A DNA stretch of 60,073 nucleotides from Candidatus Saccharimonadales bacterium (GCA_038206875.1 JBBRAK010000007.1:1-60073), one strand, 5' to 3'. Counted from the first letter of the stretch, positions 1-9,476 are shown. Notes: a model not told the origin generated them from the sequence alone. Translations and numbers: made by a program.

Positions 1-252
1 TCGGTAAGGGCCGTATGCACCTGGCTTGTCTGGTCCTTCCTCGTAATTCAGTCCTAGCGCATGCAAACAATCCATGATGTGCTGGTCAGCACCTGCGACC
101 TCACGAGACTGATCAGTATCTTCTAAGCGAAGAATAAACTGACCTTTATTTTGGCGGGCTACCAACCATGCAAATAGTGCAGTACGAACTCCTCCAACAT
201 GTAAAAGTCCAGTTGGGCTAGGTGCAAAACGAGTGCGTACAGAATTATTCAT
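1..252 (-). CDS. gltX: Glutamate--tRNA ligase, N-terminal part (runs off the window edge)
   Basis: Reverse strand reads [29 protein letters not shown], the class I GluRS N-terminus with a HIGH-like HVGG. Not in the ORF track because it is truncated. Confidence 0.93.
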   Translation of the reverse strand, partial: MNNSVRTRFAPSPTGLLHVGGVRTALFAWLVARQNKGQFILRLEDTDQSREVAGADQHIMDCLHALGLNYEEGPDKPGAYGPYR

Positions 253-259
253 ATCTGTA

Positions 260-268
260 ATTGTATCA
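260..268 (-). promoter_or_regulatory. Extended -10 promoter (TGATACAAT) of gltX, probably leaderless
   Basis: TGnTACAAT ends 7 nt before the gltX ATG; no SD sequence. Confidence 0.55.
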
Positions 269-278
269 GACATAATTA

Positions 279-353
279 GCTAACGGCTAACGGCTAACGG
301 CTAACGGCTAACGGCTAACGGCTAACGGCTAACGGCTAACGGCTAACGGCTAA
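279..353. repeat. Perfect heptamer tandem repeat (GCTAACG)x10 plus GCTAA
   Basis: Read directly; it fills the gap between the stop of 355..1356 and the gltX promoter. Confidence 0.97.
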
Positions 354-354
354 A

Positions 355-1356
355 TTACAAACTGTTGGCGATGTTCAGGAGTTGATCGCTATTTAATTTG
401 CTGTTGCCTTCTATTTTGTACCATATGCCACCATCTACCCAGGTTGCATTGCTGCCATCAAATAAATACACCGTTTTCCCTTTTCCTTTGATTGTTTGGT
501 AAGCGGCATCGTTTTTTAGTGCATCGTAATTTTCAACCAATGTTTCACTGTTCCAGGAAGATGTTCTTTGGGTGATTGTGAATTCCCTATCGTCACTGTT
601 GGAGTTATATCCAAGTACAATTTGCCCAGGTGAGTACGAAATTCCTCCCTTAAGCCCAAAGCCCGAAGGCTGATAGCCCGGGACTGTGCCCTTTACGTTT
701 GCACGGGCCGAAGCAAGGCGCATGGATATATTTGACATGTTCTGAAATGCAAAAAACCCGACGACGATAAGCCCCGCTAATACTATTGTGCTTGCACTCA
801 AGGTTCTTGTGGATATGTGTAGTTTTTTTGCAATTCGTGTACCTACTCGAAGTTTTTTGGGTTTTGGCTGTTTATGGCTGTCGGCTTTTGCCAAACCTCG
901 AGAAATTGGGTCATCATTTACGGTAGTCGCAGTAGCAACCGCTTGGACTCTTCGGATGGTTTTTTGGTTCGTATCAGGGTTACTACTCTGCTTGTTATGT
1001 GGTGTAACATCGCCAAATCTATGAACTAAGGGGCTCTTTTTTATTGCTCGAGATTTGGATAGTATCGCAGATGATAATAAAGAGGGAGATTTCTGTACCA
1101 TAGATGAATCATCGTAAGATTTTTTTTCGGGAGGTTTTACAGTATTTCGCATGAGGGTTTTTGATTTTTCTGCTTGATGCGCCGAAACATTGTTGCCAGA
1201 TTTTATAATCGGTTTCACTGTTTTTGCAAATCCATCTAAACTGGTAGTTGATACGGGAGTAGCTTCAGGTTTGGCGGGCTTCAATGTTACCATCTTGCCA
1301 GTTACCGCGTCATATCGTCTACCGTTTAGTTCAATTATATGTTCTTTGGCGCCCAC
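355..1356 (-). CDS. Membrane-anchored protein with DUF4367-like C-terminal domain
   Basis: Basic disordered N-terminus, one TM segment, then PGYQPSGF...ATWVDGGIWYKIEG...LLNIANSL. Confidence 0.65.
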   Translation of the reverse strand: MGAKEHIIELNGRRYDAVTGKMVTLKPAKPEATPVSTTSLDGFAKTVKPIIKSGNNVSAHQAEKSKTLMRNTVKPPEKKSYDDSSMVQKSPSLLSSAILSKSRAIKKSPLVHRFGDVTPHNKQSSNPDTNQKTIRRVQAVATATTVNDDPISRGLAKADSHKQPKPKKLRVGTRIAKKLHISTRTLSASTIVLAGLIVVGFFAFQNMSNISMRLASARANVKGTVPGYQPSGFGLKGGISYSPGQIVLGYNSNSDDREFTITQRTSSWNSETLVENYDALKNDAAYQTIKGKGKTVYLFDGSNATWVDGGIWYKIEGNSKLNSDQLLNIANSL

Positions 1357-1488
1357 TGTGGTTTGACCCTCGTTTTTTGTATGTACCTATCTTACAGCTA
1401 CCACATGACTTTCGCAAGAGGTTCAGTGTACTTATGTTATAAAAATTAAACCTAAAAAACATAAAATAGCTTATAATTAAACTCGTCT

Positions 1489-2961
1489 ATGGACTTTTTA
1501 GATCCCAAAAAAAAACGTGCTCATACAATAAAACTTTATCTAGGCTACGCCCTAATTGCCATCGCGCTGGCATTTGGAACTACAATACTCGTTCTGGCTG
1601 CATATGGTTTTGATATTGATAGAACTACAGGTGATGTTATTCAGAATGGACTTCTAATCGTAGATGCGCATCCGGAATCTGCCAGAATAATTGTGGATGG
1701 GGTTGACAAGGGTGCCACCAGTAACAGGTTGGCATTACCAGCAGGTAAATATTCACTAGAGCTCCAACGTAAAAACTATCGGACATGGAGGCATGATGTA
1801 AATTTAGAAGGAAGTAGCATAGAGCAAGTGGTGTATCCGTTTTTGTTTCCAGAGAAACTAGAAACAAAAACAATATCAGAACTGCCTATTGTACCGAGTA
1901 TGGTTTCAGAAAGTCCCGATAGACATTGGTTGGTGGTGCATCTACCTAATACTGCAAATAATTTTGATGTTGTGGATCTTAGTACTACCAAAAATCCTAA
2001 AACTAGCATAAGCCTCCCCGCAGACACTTTTACGCCAGCACCTGGTTTGCATGAGTATGAAGCTATCGAATGGTCTACAGACAATGTTCATTTGCTTCTT
2101 AAACACACGTTCAGTACTGGTGTAGAATATATCATGTTGAACCGAGAGAGCCCACCGAGCAGTTTAAACCTAAACAAAATTTTTGTTGGACAGCCCTTTA
2201 CCAGTGCTACGCTCCGAGACAAAAAGTTCGATAAGCTTTATTTGCTAAATTCTGCAGACGGGGGGTTGTATCAGGCAGATACAGGCACGCTTCAAACTAA
2301 ATTACTTGAAACAAATGTACAAAGCTATAAGTCATATTCAGACAACACCATTTTGTATGTCAAGATTCCTGCAGTAGATTCTGCGAGTGCAAACGTTTTC
2401 GTAAGGCAGGATGAACAAGATTACACTCTAAGAACTATCCCTAAAGCAGACGTATACATGTTGGACATGGCCAAGTTTGATGGAAAATTTTATTTGGTGT
2501 GTGGTAGCCCGACGGACGGAAGTGTATATATTTACAAAGAACCTTTCATAAATCTAACTCGTCGTCCATCAAAAACTCCTTTGCCTTTTCGTGTTTTAGT
2601 AGTTCCTGGCGCTGAATACTTGTCGTTTTCAACTATAGCTAGATTTATTTCAGTACAAGGAGCAAGCAATTTCGCAGTCTATGACTTGGAAGTAAACAGA
2701 CAGTTTAAATATGATATAAAACTGCCAATCGACACAAATCAAAAAGCCGAATGGATGGACGGTCATCGTTTGAGTCTGGTTAGTAATAACGAAGTTAACA
2801 TATTTGATTTTGATGGCAAAAATTTACAAAAACTTAGCTCCAGTTCACCTAGTTTCAGGCCGTTTTTTGATCGAGATTATACTGCGATGTTTACACTAGT
2901 TCAGAACGGAGATAAGTCAAGTATTAGTCGCACTGAACTAAAAGTCCTGCCTCAAAACTAA
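1489..2961 (+). CDS. PEGA-domain membrane protein with probable beta-propeller
   Basis: N-terminal TM, PEGA-like GLLIVDAHPESARIIVDG...LPAGKYSLELQRKNYRTW, beta-rich remainder. Confidence 0.75.
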   Translation: MDFLDPKKKRAHTIKLYLGYALIAIALAFGTTILVLAAYGFDIDRTTGDVIQNGLLIVDAHPESARIIVDGVDKGATSNRLALPAGKYSLELQRKNYRTWRHDVNLEGSSIEQVVYPFLFPEKLETKTISELPIVPSMVSESPDRHWLVVHLPNTANNFDVVDLSTTKNPKTSISLPADTFTPAPGLHEYEAIEWSTDNVHLLLKHTFSTGVEYIMLNRESPPSSLNLNKIFVGQPFTSATLRDKKFDKLYLLNSADGGLYQADTGTLQTKLLETNVQSYKSYSDNTILYVKIPAVDSASANVFVRQDEQDYTLRTIPKADVYMLDMAKFDGKFYLVCGSPTDGSVYIYKEPFINLTRRPSKTPLPFRVLVVPGAEYLSFSTIARFISVQGASNFAVYDLEVNRQFKYDIKLPIDTNQKAEWMDGHRLSLVSNNEVNIFDFDGKNLQKLSSSSPSFRPFFDRDYTAMFTLVQNGDKSSISRTELKVLPQN

Positions 2962-2973
2962 GAGCCTACAAAA

Positions 2974-4131
2974 TTAATTAGTAAGCCACTCTGTAAGCCG
3001 GCTCCAAAGCGTAGGAGAATTGCTTGGAAGTATGGCTGGTGCGTTGGCTGTTGTAGCAGTGCTTGCTACGTTTGAATTCGGGTCGGGGGTAATTTGCTCT
3101 CCAGTAACCACTAGACGCCTTAGGCTAGTGCCAGGCGGGTCACAGGTAATTAAACTAAATGTTGCTGGTTTACTATAGTCAGTAGTTAAGATTGACACTT
3201 CATTAGGCGAAACGACTTTTTTATCAAAAACACGGTACACGTATCTTTTGCTGTCTTTTTGTAGAACAAACGTATCCCCCGACTCCAGCCGACTTAGCAG
3301 AACAAAGGCAAATTTATAGTCGCCTTTGTTCAATATGTTGTTCGAAGAATGCCCAAAAATTGCACCGTGCCCAAGCTCGCCAGGATTTGATGTTGTTGCA
3401 TAATGCAACACACCATGTTCAAGTGCTTTTTGAACATCGTTTTCGGCTACGGACGGCTGATCATAGATGACGGGTATCTCGACATTTATTTTAGGTATGA
3501 TGATTTTGGCTTCAGGACCTGCCGAACTGCTATTCGGGTCAAGAATAATTGGCGTGGAACTAACGGTTTTGCTTGGTGTTATGAATGGCGCCAAAAATCT
3601 TTCATTAAAAAAGCCGAACAGTAAAATAACAACCACTAACAAGCCAGTTGATAGTCCAAAAAGAAGCGATTTTATGTGACTTGATTTATTTTGCCCCGAT
3701 TTGCCCCGGACCTGAGATAGTAGGTGTTTTTTAATATCAGTAACCGTTTTTGGCTTACTTGATTTAGAGTTATGCGATTTTACCGGCGGGTGACTAACAA
3801 TTTTTGGCGTGGCGACTGGTGTACCCTGCCGACTACGGCTAGCGTGATCTTTATAAAATTCATTCCAAACATGGTGTTTTTCGACATCTGGAAGTGCTAG
3901 ATAGTAGTTGTGCCAGGCAGTTTGAATTTCTGCCAACGAGCGACCGGACTGGCTGAGCTGTACCATAAAATGTTGGTGTTTAGAGTGGTGCCTGGGTGTA
4001 TTGACGTCTTGTAGCTCTGCTTTAGCACTTGGCTCCTCTGCGTATACTTGATTCAATTTTTGTCGTATCAAATCAGCTGCTGAATTGTTATCACCTGGTT
4101 TGTTAGTTGGTAGAGATGGGATTGTCTTCAT
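2974..4131 (-). CDS. Sortase family protein with N-terminal extension
   Basis: TM segment followed by IIIPKINV, GHSS (His), LITCDPPG (Cys) and RRLVV (Arg). Confidence 0.88.
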   Translation of the reverse strand: MKTIPSLPTNKPGDNNSAADLIRQKLNQVYAEEPSAKAELQDVNTPRHHSKHQHFMVQLSQSGRSLAEIQTAWHNYYLALPDVEKHHVWNEFYKDHASRSRQGTPVATPKIVSHPPVKSHNSKSSKPKTVTDIKKHLLSQVRGKSGQNKSSHIKSLLFGLSTGLLVVVILLFGFFNERFLAPFITPSKTVSSTPIILDPNSSSAGPEAKIIIPKINVEIPVIYDQPSVAENDVQKALEHGVLHYATTSNPGELGHGAIFGHSSNNILNKGDYKFAFVLLSRLESGDTFVLQKDSKRYVYRVFDKKVVSPNEVSILTTDYSKPATFSLITCDPPGTSLRRLVVTGEQITPDPNSNVASTATTANAPAILPSNSPTLWSRLTEWLTN

Positions 4132-4195
4132 AAATGCTTAAGCTGGTTTAACAGATATCAGTATAGTATAATTCACCCGACCATCATAACGCTAT

Positions 4196-4239
4196 GGGCG
4201 AGTGGCGGACCTGCCTGCCGGCAGGCAGGACTGGTATAC
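4196..4239 (+). pseudogene. tRNA(Leu-like) 5' remnant with a 20-bp palindrome in the D-loop
   Basis: Removing 4210-4229 gives GGGCGAGTGGCGGAACTGGTATAC, close to the intact tRNA-Leu start GCCGGGGTGGCGGAATTGGTAGAC. TATAAT at 4167-4172 lies upstream. Confidence 0.6.
4210..4229. repeat. Perfect 20-bp palindrome CCTGCCTGCCGGCAGGCAGG (REP-like)
   Basis: Self reverse-complementary; a partial copy is at 8911-8930. Confidence 0.9.
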
Positions 4240-4260
4240 AAGTTAAGTCAAATAATTTGA

Positions 4261-4497
4261 ATGTATTACGTATATGCAATATCGAGTACTCGTAGAAAAT
4301 ATATTTATGTGGGTTTAACTGATAACCTTGAGCGTAGAATCCTTCAACACAAAAGAGGTCAAAGTAAAACCACTCGAGCATATTCTCCATTTGATTTGAT
4401 ATACAAAGAAGAGCTACCAACTCGTGATCTAGCCAGAAAACGGGAAAAATACCTTAAATCTGGTATTGGCAAAGAGTACTTGAAAACGCTATTATAG
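4261..4497 (+). CDS. Stand-alone GIY-YIG nuclease (78 aa)
   Basis: YYVYAI...YIYVGLTDNLERRILQH...ARKREKYLKSG: GIY-YIG motifs with the catalytic Arg and Glu. Confidence 0.92.
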   Translation: MYYVYAISSTRRKYIYVGLTDNLERRILQHKRGQSKTTRAYSPFDLIYKEELPTRDLARKREKYLKSGIGKEYLKTLL

Positions 4498-4507
4498 ACT
4501 TGTTCAC

Positions 4508-4594
4508 GCCGGGGTGGCGGAATTGGTAGACGCGCCGGACTCAAAATCCGGTGATAGCAATATCATGCGGGTTCAAGTCCCGCCCCCGGCACCA
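4508..4594 (+). tRNA. tRNA-Leu(CAA)
   Basis: Acceptor GCCGGGG/CCCCGGC, anticodon arm CCGGA-CTCAAAA-TCCGG, long variable arm, T-loop TTCAAGT, encoded CCA. Confidence 0.97.
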
Positions 4595-4811
4595 TGAATA
4601 TTTGATACTTTACATAAATGTTTTGCAGATGATTGATCTAGCATTTTAAGTTCAAGCACTAGTAAATCCTTTTTTCAAAGTTGAAGTTATGGGTTCGCGG
4701 AACGTGACCGAGCCCTTGCCCACCAAACAACCTTGCTTAGCTTCACATGTAAGAGCTATGATGCCCGAAGAGTATTTGAAACAATAGATAAAAATGTTAT
4801 AATATCTTGAA

Positions 4812-5765
4812 ATGTTAGTAGATAACTTGGGAATTGAGCGATTGCTCGTTGTTGTAAACCCTCATAGTACAAACTTTGATAGAGTTCAAAGCGAAGTTAT
4901 TGATAGGGTCATTGCGTCAGACTGGGCAAGGCGTAGTGAAATCGTGGAAACGGTCAATCCAACTCTGCTAGGAAAAGATAATATTCAACACATTGCGGAG
5001 AGTTTGGTGCCAAATCAGGCTATCATAATTGCTGGCGGTGACGGGTTGGTAAATGATGTTGGAAATAGTGTTGATTCGGTGGAAGACGGAATTCGAGATT
5101 CAAGCTATTGTCTTGTAAGACCGCATGGATGTGGGAATGATACCGCTAGATCCCTAAACGGTGGAAAAGGCAAAGTAGATATTTTTGATGTACTTGCTAC
5201 GGGAGATGTACGTGAGATAGACCTGATAGATGTAGAGATAGGAAATACCAAAAAAGTTGCAGTGAGCTACATGGGTATAGGCTGGACAGCTCTAGGTTCC
5301 GAGGCTATTAATCGGCCAGAAAAACGTCAGCAAAAAATGAACCATAGACGAATTTCTCACAAAGTTTTTGATGGCATTACACTATCGGGAGTTTTAGCGG
5401 GCGAAAGATTTAGGCCATCTTTTAAATATTTCGAAAATGACGGTGGCGTTAGAGAAGCAAGTGAAATTCTGTTTTCAAATCTACCCTCAATGGCTGGCGG
5501 TGCTATTACTGTCGAGAAAAGCACACCAGGGCATGTGGTGTGTATAGAGATTGAGCCCGATAATTTTTTGACAGAGATTATGAAGAGGCTAGCGTTGCAA
5601 AAATTCACGGGAGGCATGAAGGGCGCGCACATTACGGGCAGGTCTATCGTGGTTGATGCGGGAACTATGATTCATTTAGATGGCGAGTTTCAGCGCCTTG
5701 AAGAACCGACTCCAATAAGCGTGGGGGTGAAACCTAACCGATTAAATTTTTTAGTAAAAGCTTAG
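4812..5765 (+). CDS. Diacylglycerol kinase (DAGK/YegS) family lipid kinase
   Basis: VVNPHS, AGGDG, GCGNDTARSL and HLDGE motifs. Confidence 0.85.
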   Translation: MLVDNLGIERLLVVVNPHSTNFDRVQSEVIDRVIASDWARRSEIVETVNPTLLGKDNIQHIAESLVPNQAIIIAGGDGLVNDVGNSVDSVEDGIRDSSYCLVRPHGCGNDTARSLNGGKGKVDIFDVLATGDVREIDLIDVEIGNTKKVAVSYMGIGWTALGSEAINRPEKRQQKMNHRRISHKVFDGITLSGVLAGERFRPSFKYFENDGGVREASEILFSNLPSMAGGAITVEKSTPGHVVCIEIEPDNFLTEIMKRLALQKFTGGMKGAHITGRSIVVDAGTMIHLDGEFQRLEEPTPISVGVKPNRLNFLVKA

Positions 5766-5780
5766 ATGCTGTTGGTCGGT

Positions 5781-6581
5781 CTAAACTGAATGGAGAGAAT
5801 TAATAATTGAAGTGGTGAGGGCTTCGAAGGGCTTTCTGGGGTTTTGGAGCCACCAAACTGATGCCCGGGCGGCAGTGCTTACCTGCCATATGGGTAAACC
5901 AGTTTCTAGATTGGTGGTGCTCACTTGCCCGTTAGTTGCTACAATCATCTGATTCTGGTGTTTTACAATAATATTGGCAGGATACTTTAAAGTGAATTCG
6001 TGAAGGCTTTCTACAAGATGAATCAAATCCATATCTAGCTTGAACGCCTTAGTATGTTGTGCGCTAACAGCAAGCTTCTGTAGTTGTGACATGTTGAGTA
6101 CTAGCAAAGTATCGATTCTGTTAAGTACGATTTTTGGTATCGTCAAGCAGTACTCAACTGCGTCTTTGGTGATTGTAACTGGTCCAGCATGTTTTGACAG
6201 AAAGCTTTCTATCAAAATCGCTGTCTCGCTGTTGTGGCCTATGTCTCCTGCAAAAAGCACACCGTCTGCCCACACGGCATGTTCTATAAATTCACCCAAA
6301 GCTGTTTTGCTAAAACTGCCGGACGGCGTGCTCGTCGCATACTCCAACTCTGGCAACAGCTTGCCCGCAACTTTCTTGACAGCTAGGGGTAATAGCACTC
6401 GTGTCAAGCCTACCCCGGCATCCGTTGCATCCCCGTATGCTTGAGCAGGCGCAGAAAAGGCATATTGATTACCCCCTATTATAAGTAGTTTGCCGGCATG
6501 AACTTTGTTTTCGGGCCTACTCCAAAGCAAATCCGGGAAAAGCGGACTATTTTGACTTTGTTTTTGCCAATACGTATTCAT
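5781..6581 (-). CDS. NAD(P)HX dehydratase (YjeF C-terminal/NnrD)-like protein, divergent
   Basis: NKVHAGKLLIIGGNQYAFSAP...AGVG N-terminal motif. Confidence 0.7.
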   Translation of the reverse strand: MNTYWQKQSQNSPLFPDLLWSRPENKVHAGKLLIIGGNQYAFSAPAQAYGDATDAGVGLTRVLLPLAVKKVAGKLLPELEYATSTPSGSFSKTALGEFIEHAVWADGVLFAGDIGHNSETAILIESFLSKHAGPVTITKDAVEYCLTIPKIVLNRIDTLLVLNMSQLQKLAVSAQHTKAFKLDMDLIHLVESLHEFTLKYPANIIVKHQNQMIVATNGQVSTTNLETGLPIWQVSTAARASVWWLQNPRKPFEALTTSIINSLHSV

Positions 6582-7272
6582 TGTTTTTTCTCTCCAGTTT
6601 GTAAATCACGTTTTTGCGTTCTACTACTATTTCCCAACTAGCTTTTTGGGCATGCGCTAACAAAGTTTTTTCTGGGTTGAATGCAATCGGTCGCTCAACC
6701 AACTCCATCATAGGGATGTCGCTGTTACTGTCTCCTACTGCGACGCTGTTTTTTAGAGTTAAGTTGTGTTTAGCCATCAATTCTTGTAAGACTTTGTCTT
6801 TGTGGAATACAGTCAAGTCGATTTTGCCTGTGAAACGTCCTTTTTCACGGTGATAATAACTCCCCACGAAGTCGTCAAAATCATAATATTCGGCTATTTT
6901 TTGTACAATTTCTGATTGTGACCCAGAAATAGCCAGTAGTAAGTAGCCCTGTTGTTTTAGGTCTTTTATCAAGTCGCGGGTAAATACATACACCTGGTCT
7001 TTGTATTCTTCGAAAACAGCATTTGCAGCTAGCTCAAAACGAGGCACTGTGAGCTCTGTCAAAAGCAAGCGATATGCAATCACCAATTGATCCTCATAGG
7101 CTTTGAACGAATCGTCATGGGTACGTTTTTTCCATACAAAACGTGCCTCGCGGATGTTGGTGTAGGTTTCAGCATCAATATGCCCTGACTTAGCCAACTC
7201 ATCCGCAATCGCGTGATACAACTGCCAACGGATTAGTGTCCCGTCAATATCAAAAACTGCGAATTTTTTCAT
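6547..7272 (-). CDS. HAD-IB family phosphatase (SerB-like)
   Basis: FDIDGTL, ISGS, K and GDSNSD motifs. Confidence 0.88.
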   Translation of the reverse strand: MKKFAVFDIDGTLIRWQLYHAIADELAKSGHIDAETYTNIREARFVWKKRTHDDSFKAYEDQLVIAYRLLLTELTVPRFELAANAVFEEYKDQVYVFTRDLIKDLKQQGYLLLAISGSQSEIVQKIAEYYDFDDFVGSYYHREKGRFTGKIDLTVFHKDKVLQELMAKHNLTLKNSVAVGDSNSDIPMMELVERPIAFNPEKTLLAHAQKASWEIVVERKNVIYKLERKNNEYVLAKTKSK

Positions 7273-8063
7273 GATGCAATTTCGATACTTATTGGGCAGT
7301 GGTCGGAGCCCATTTGGTAGGCATGAATTTTGGCAGATTTAACCTTAGCTTTTAAGGCATCTGATACCAAGAAATAGTCAATACGCCAACCGACGTTTCT
7401 TTCTCTGGATTTTGCCCAATGTGTCCACCAGGTATAGTGTCCATTTCCTTTAGTGAATATTCGGAAAGTGTCTAAAAAACCTGCCTTGAGCCAGTTTTCA
7501 AACCCGGCGATTTCTTCTGTAGTGAATCCCCTTTTTCCGACGTTTTCTTTAGGGCGGGCTAAATCTTCTTCGGTGTGGGCAACGTTCATGTCACCGCAAT
7601 ATATAACCGGTTTTTTTGACTGTAACTGGTCGCAGAATTCTATGATTGCGCTGTCCCACTTTTCTCGCAGCGGAATTCTTGAAAGATCATCTTTGGCATT
7701 GGGGGTATATGATGTGACCACATAAAAATCAGGAAATTCAGCAGTAATCACCCTACCCTCATGGCTTGAACTCCCATAACCGTCAGCAATTAAGCCGTTT
7801 TTTTTGGCAATATCTTCGGGAATGTTATTGATGACTTTGATTGGTTTTGATTTGGTGAAAATAGCCGTACCAGAGTAACCCTTTTTTTCTGCGCTATTCC
7901 AGTATTCTTCATATTGTGGCAAATCATATTCTGCTTGCCCCTGTTGAGCTTTTGTTTCCTGAAGGCATAAAATGTCTGGGTCATGCTTGGTAATAAACTC
8001 AGAAAACGCCCCTTTGTTTATGACTGCCCTAATCCCATTTACATTCCATGAGTATATTTTCAT
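7269..8063 (-). CDS. xth: Exodeoxyribonuclease III
   Basis: SWNVNGIRA, LQETK, GDMNVAH, WRIDYFL and SDHCP motifs. Confidence 0.96.
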   Translation of the reverse strand: MKIYSWNVNGIRAVINKGAFSEFITKHDPDILCLQETKAQQGQAEYDLPQYEEYWNSAEKKGYSGTAIFTKSKPIKVINNIPEDIAKKNGLIADGYGSSSHEGRVITAEFPDFYVVTSYTPNAKDDLSRIPLREKWDSAIIEFCDQLQSKKPVIYCGDMNVAHTEEDLARPKENVGKRGFTTEEIAGFENWLKAGFLDTFRIFTKGNGHYTWWTHWAKSRERNVGWRIDYFLVSDALKAKVKSAKIHAYQMGSDHCPISIEIAS

Positions 8064-8111
8064 ATATTAAGTATAGCGTGTCAGTATATCAATCTGCTAT
8101 GCTAGAGCTTA

Positions 8112-8819
8112 ATGAGTTATAAACGAATACTTTTAAAAATTTCAGGAGAGCAACTTTCGGGCAAATTTGAAAATGGAATTGACCCAGAAGTTGGAAGTTG
8201 GCTAGCAGAAGAGGTAAAAAAAGCGACCGCGATTGGTACCCAGGTGGTAATAATGGTAGGTGGTGGAAACATGGTGCGTGGTGCCCAGATTGCTGATAAT
8301 GGTATACAGAGAGTTACGGCAGACCATATGGGCATGTTGGCTACTATGATAAATGCGTTAGCTATTACTGATATATTTGAAGCAAAGGGCGTAAAAACTA
8401 GGTGTTTAAGCAATATTTTTGCACAGCAAGTTGCGGAACCTTTTGTACATAGACTAGCAAACAAGCACCTTGAAAAAGGACGCGTGGTGATAGTTGCGGG
8501 TGGTAGTGGTCGACCCTATGTCACTACTGATACGGCTGCGGTTATACTAGGGCTCGAACTTGGATGTGATGTCGTGCTCAAAGCAACAAAAGTAGACGGA
8601 GTTTACGACAAAGACCCTTCTGAGTTTAGTGATGCTGTAAAAATCGAGCAGCTCAACTATCAACAAGCGGTGGAAAAAGACTCCATAAAAGTTATGGATA
8701 AAGCTGCGCTAGGGCTTGCCATGGAACAAAAAATCCCGCTTATAATTTACGACGCAATGACTACTGATAACCTAGTCAATATTATAAAAGGCGAAAACAT
8801 AGGCACGAAGATATCCTGA
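8112..8819 (+). CDS. pyrH: UMP kinase
   Basis: RILLKISGE, GGGNMVRG, DHMGMLAT, TTDTAA and KVDGVYDKDP motifs. Confidence 0.97.
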   Translation: MSYKRILLKISGEQLSGKFENGIDPEVGSWLAEEVKKATAIGTQVVIMVGGGNMVRGAQIADNGIQRVTADHMGMLATMINALAITDIFEAKGVKTRCLSNIFAQQVAEPFVHRLANKHLEKGRVVIVAGGSGRPYVTTDTAAVILGLELGCDVVLKATKVDGVYDKDPSEFSDAVKIEQLNYQQAVEKDSIKVMDKAALGLAMEQKIPLIIYDAMTTDNLVNIIKGENIGTKIS

Positions 8820-8860
8820 GTTGGTAGTTGGTAGACAGTTGTTGGTAGGTGGTAGTTGGG
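8819..8860. repeat. Degenerate heptamer tandem repeat (AGTTGGT-like x6)
   Basis: AGTTGGT AGTTGGT AGACAGT TGTTGGT AGGTGGT AGTTGGG starting at the pyrH stop. Confidence 0.75.
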
Positions 8861-8873
8861 AGTGTTGGGATAA

Positions 8874-8904
8874 AAAAAGAAGGGCTATTTTGGCCCTTCT
8901 TTTT
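8874..8904. terminator. Bidirectional intrinsic terminator between pyrH and the pilin gene
   Basis: AAAAAGAAGGGC-tattttg-GCCCTTCTTTTT between convergent genes. Confidence 0.85.
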
Positions 8905-8910
8905 GGCTTC

Positions 8911-8930
8911 CCTGCCTGCCTGCCGGCAGG
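8911..8930. repeat. Partial copy of the CCTGCCTGCCGGCAGGCAGG palindrome
   Basis: CCTGCCTGCCTGCCGGCAGG; 8915-8930 is identical to 4210-4225. Confidence 0.8.
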
Positions 8931-8944
8931 TCGTGAACTAAAAG

Positions 8945-9394
8945 CTAGTTCAAACTGTTTTTGGTGAACTTAGAACCACTTTCTAGCAACGCTTCAAGTG
9001 TGTATGAAACACAATCTGCAGCTGCGGTTGTACAAGTGCTTGGAGATGGAACATAGCTGTATTTTGCAGTTGTAGATGCCGTTGAGTCGATAGCGGTTGA
9101 ACTGTTTGGCGCAACCAACGCGTCAGCGTCTAAGCCCGCTAGAGTAGTTGTGTTAACTTCTGCAAGAGCTGGGTACCAGCCGTTTTGTGCATAGTAAGCT
9201 TCTAGCTGACTGTGAATTGCTTTGATGTCTGTTGTTCGCTCAGTATCGCGCGCTTTTCGCTGGATACCTGTAAACGTTGTGATTACTAGCGCGGCCAAAA
9301 TACCAATCACCACAATCACGATAAGAAGTTCTACGATGGTAAAACCCTTCGAGTTCCTCAGGGCAAGACCCTGTTGCTTAAGTTTATATGTCAT
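8945..9394 (-). CDS. Type IV pilin / pseudopilin
   Basis: KG|FTIVELLIVIVVIGILAALV class III signal with E5; C-terminal Cys pair. Confidence 0.92.
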   Translation of the reverse strand: MTYKLKQQGLALRNSKGFTIVELLIVIVVIGILAALVITTFTGIQRKARDTERTTDIKAIHSQLEAYYAQNGWYPALAEVNTTTLAGLDADALVAPNSSTAIDSTASTTAKYSYVPSPSTCTTAAADCVSYTLEALLESGSKFTKNSLN

Positions 9395-9476
9395 TAGAGT
9401 GATCCCACCCTTTCCTTTTGGTTAATTTTTATAATAACAAGCGCATTGTAGTCCAGTTAAGATATAAACGCAAGCG

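Noticed and set aside
279..353. CRISPR array
   Set aside because: Contiguous 7-mers with no spacers; no cas genes or repeat-spacer pattern anywhere in the window.
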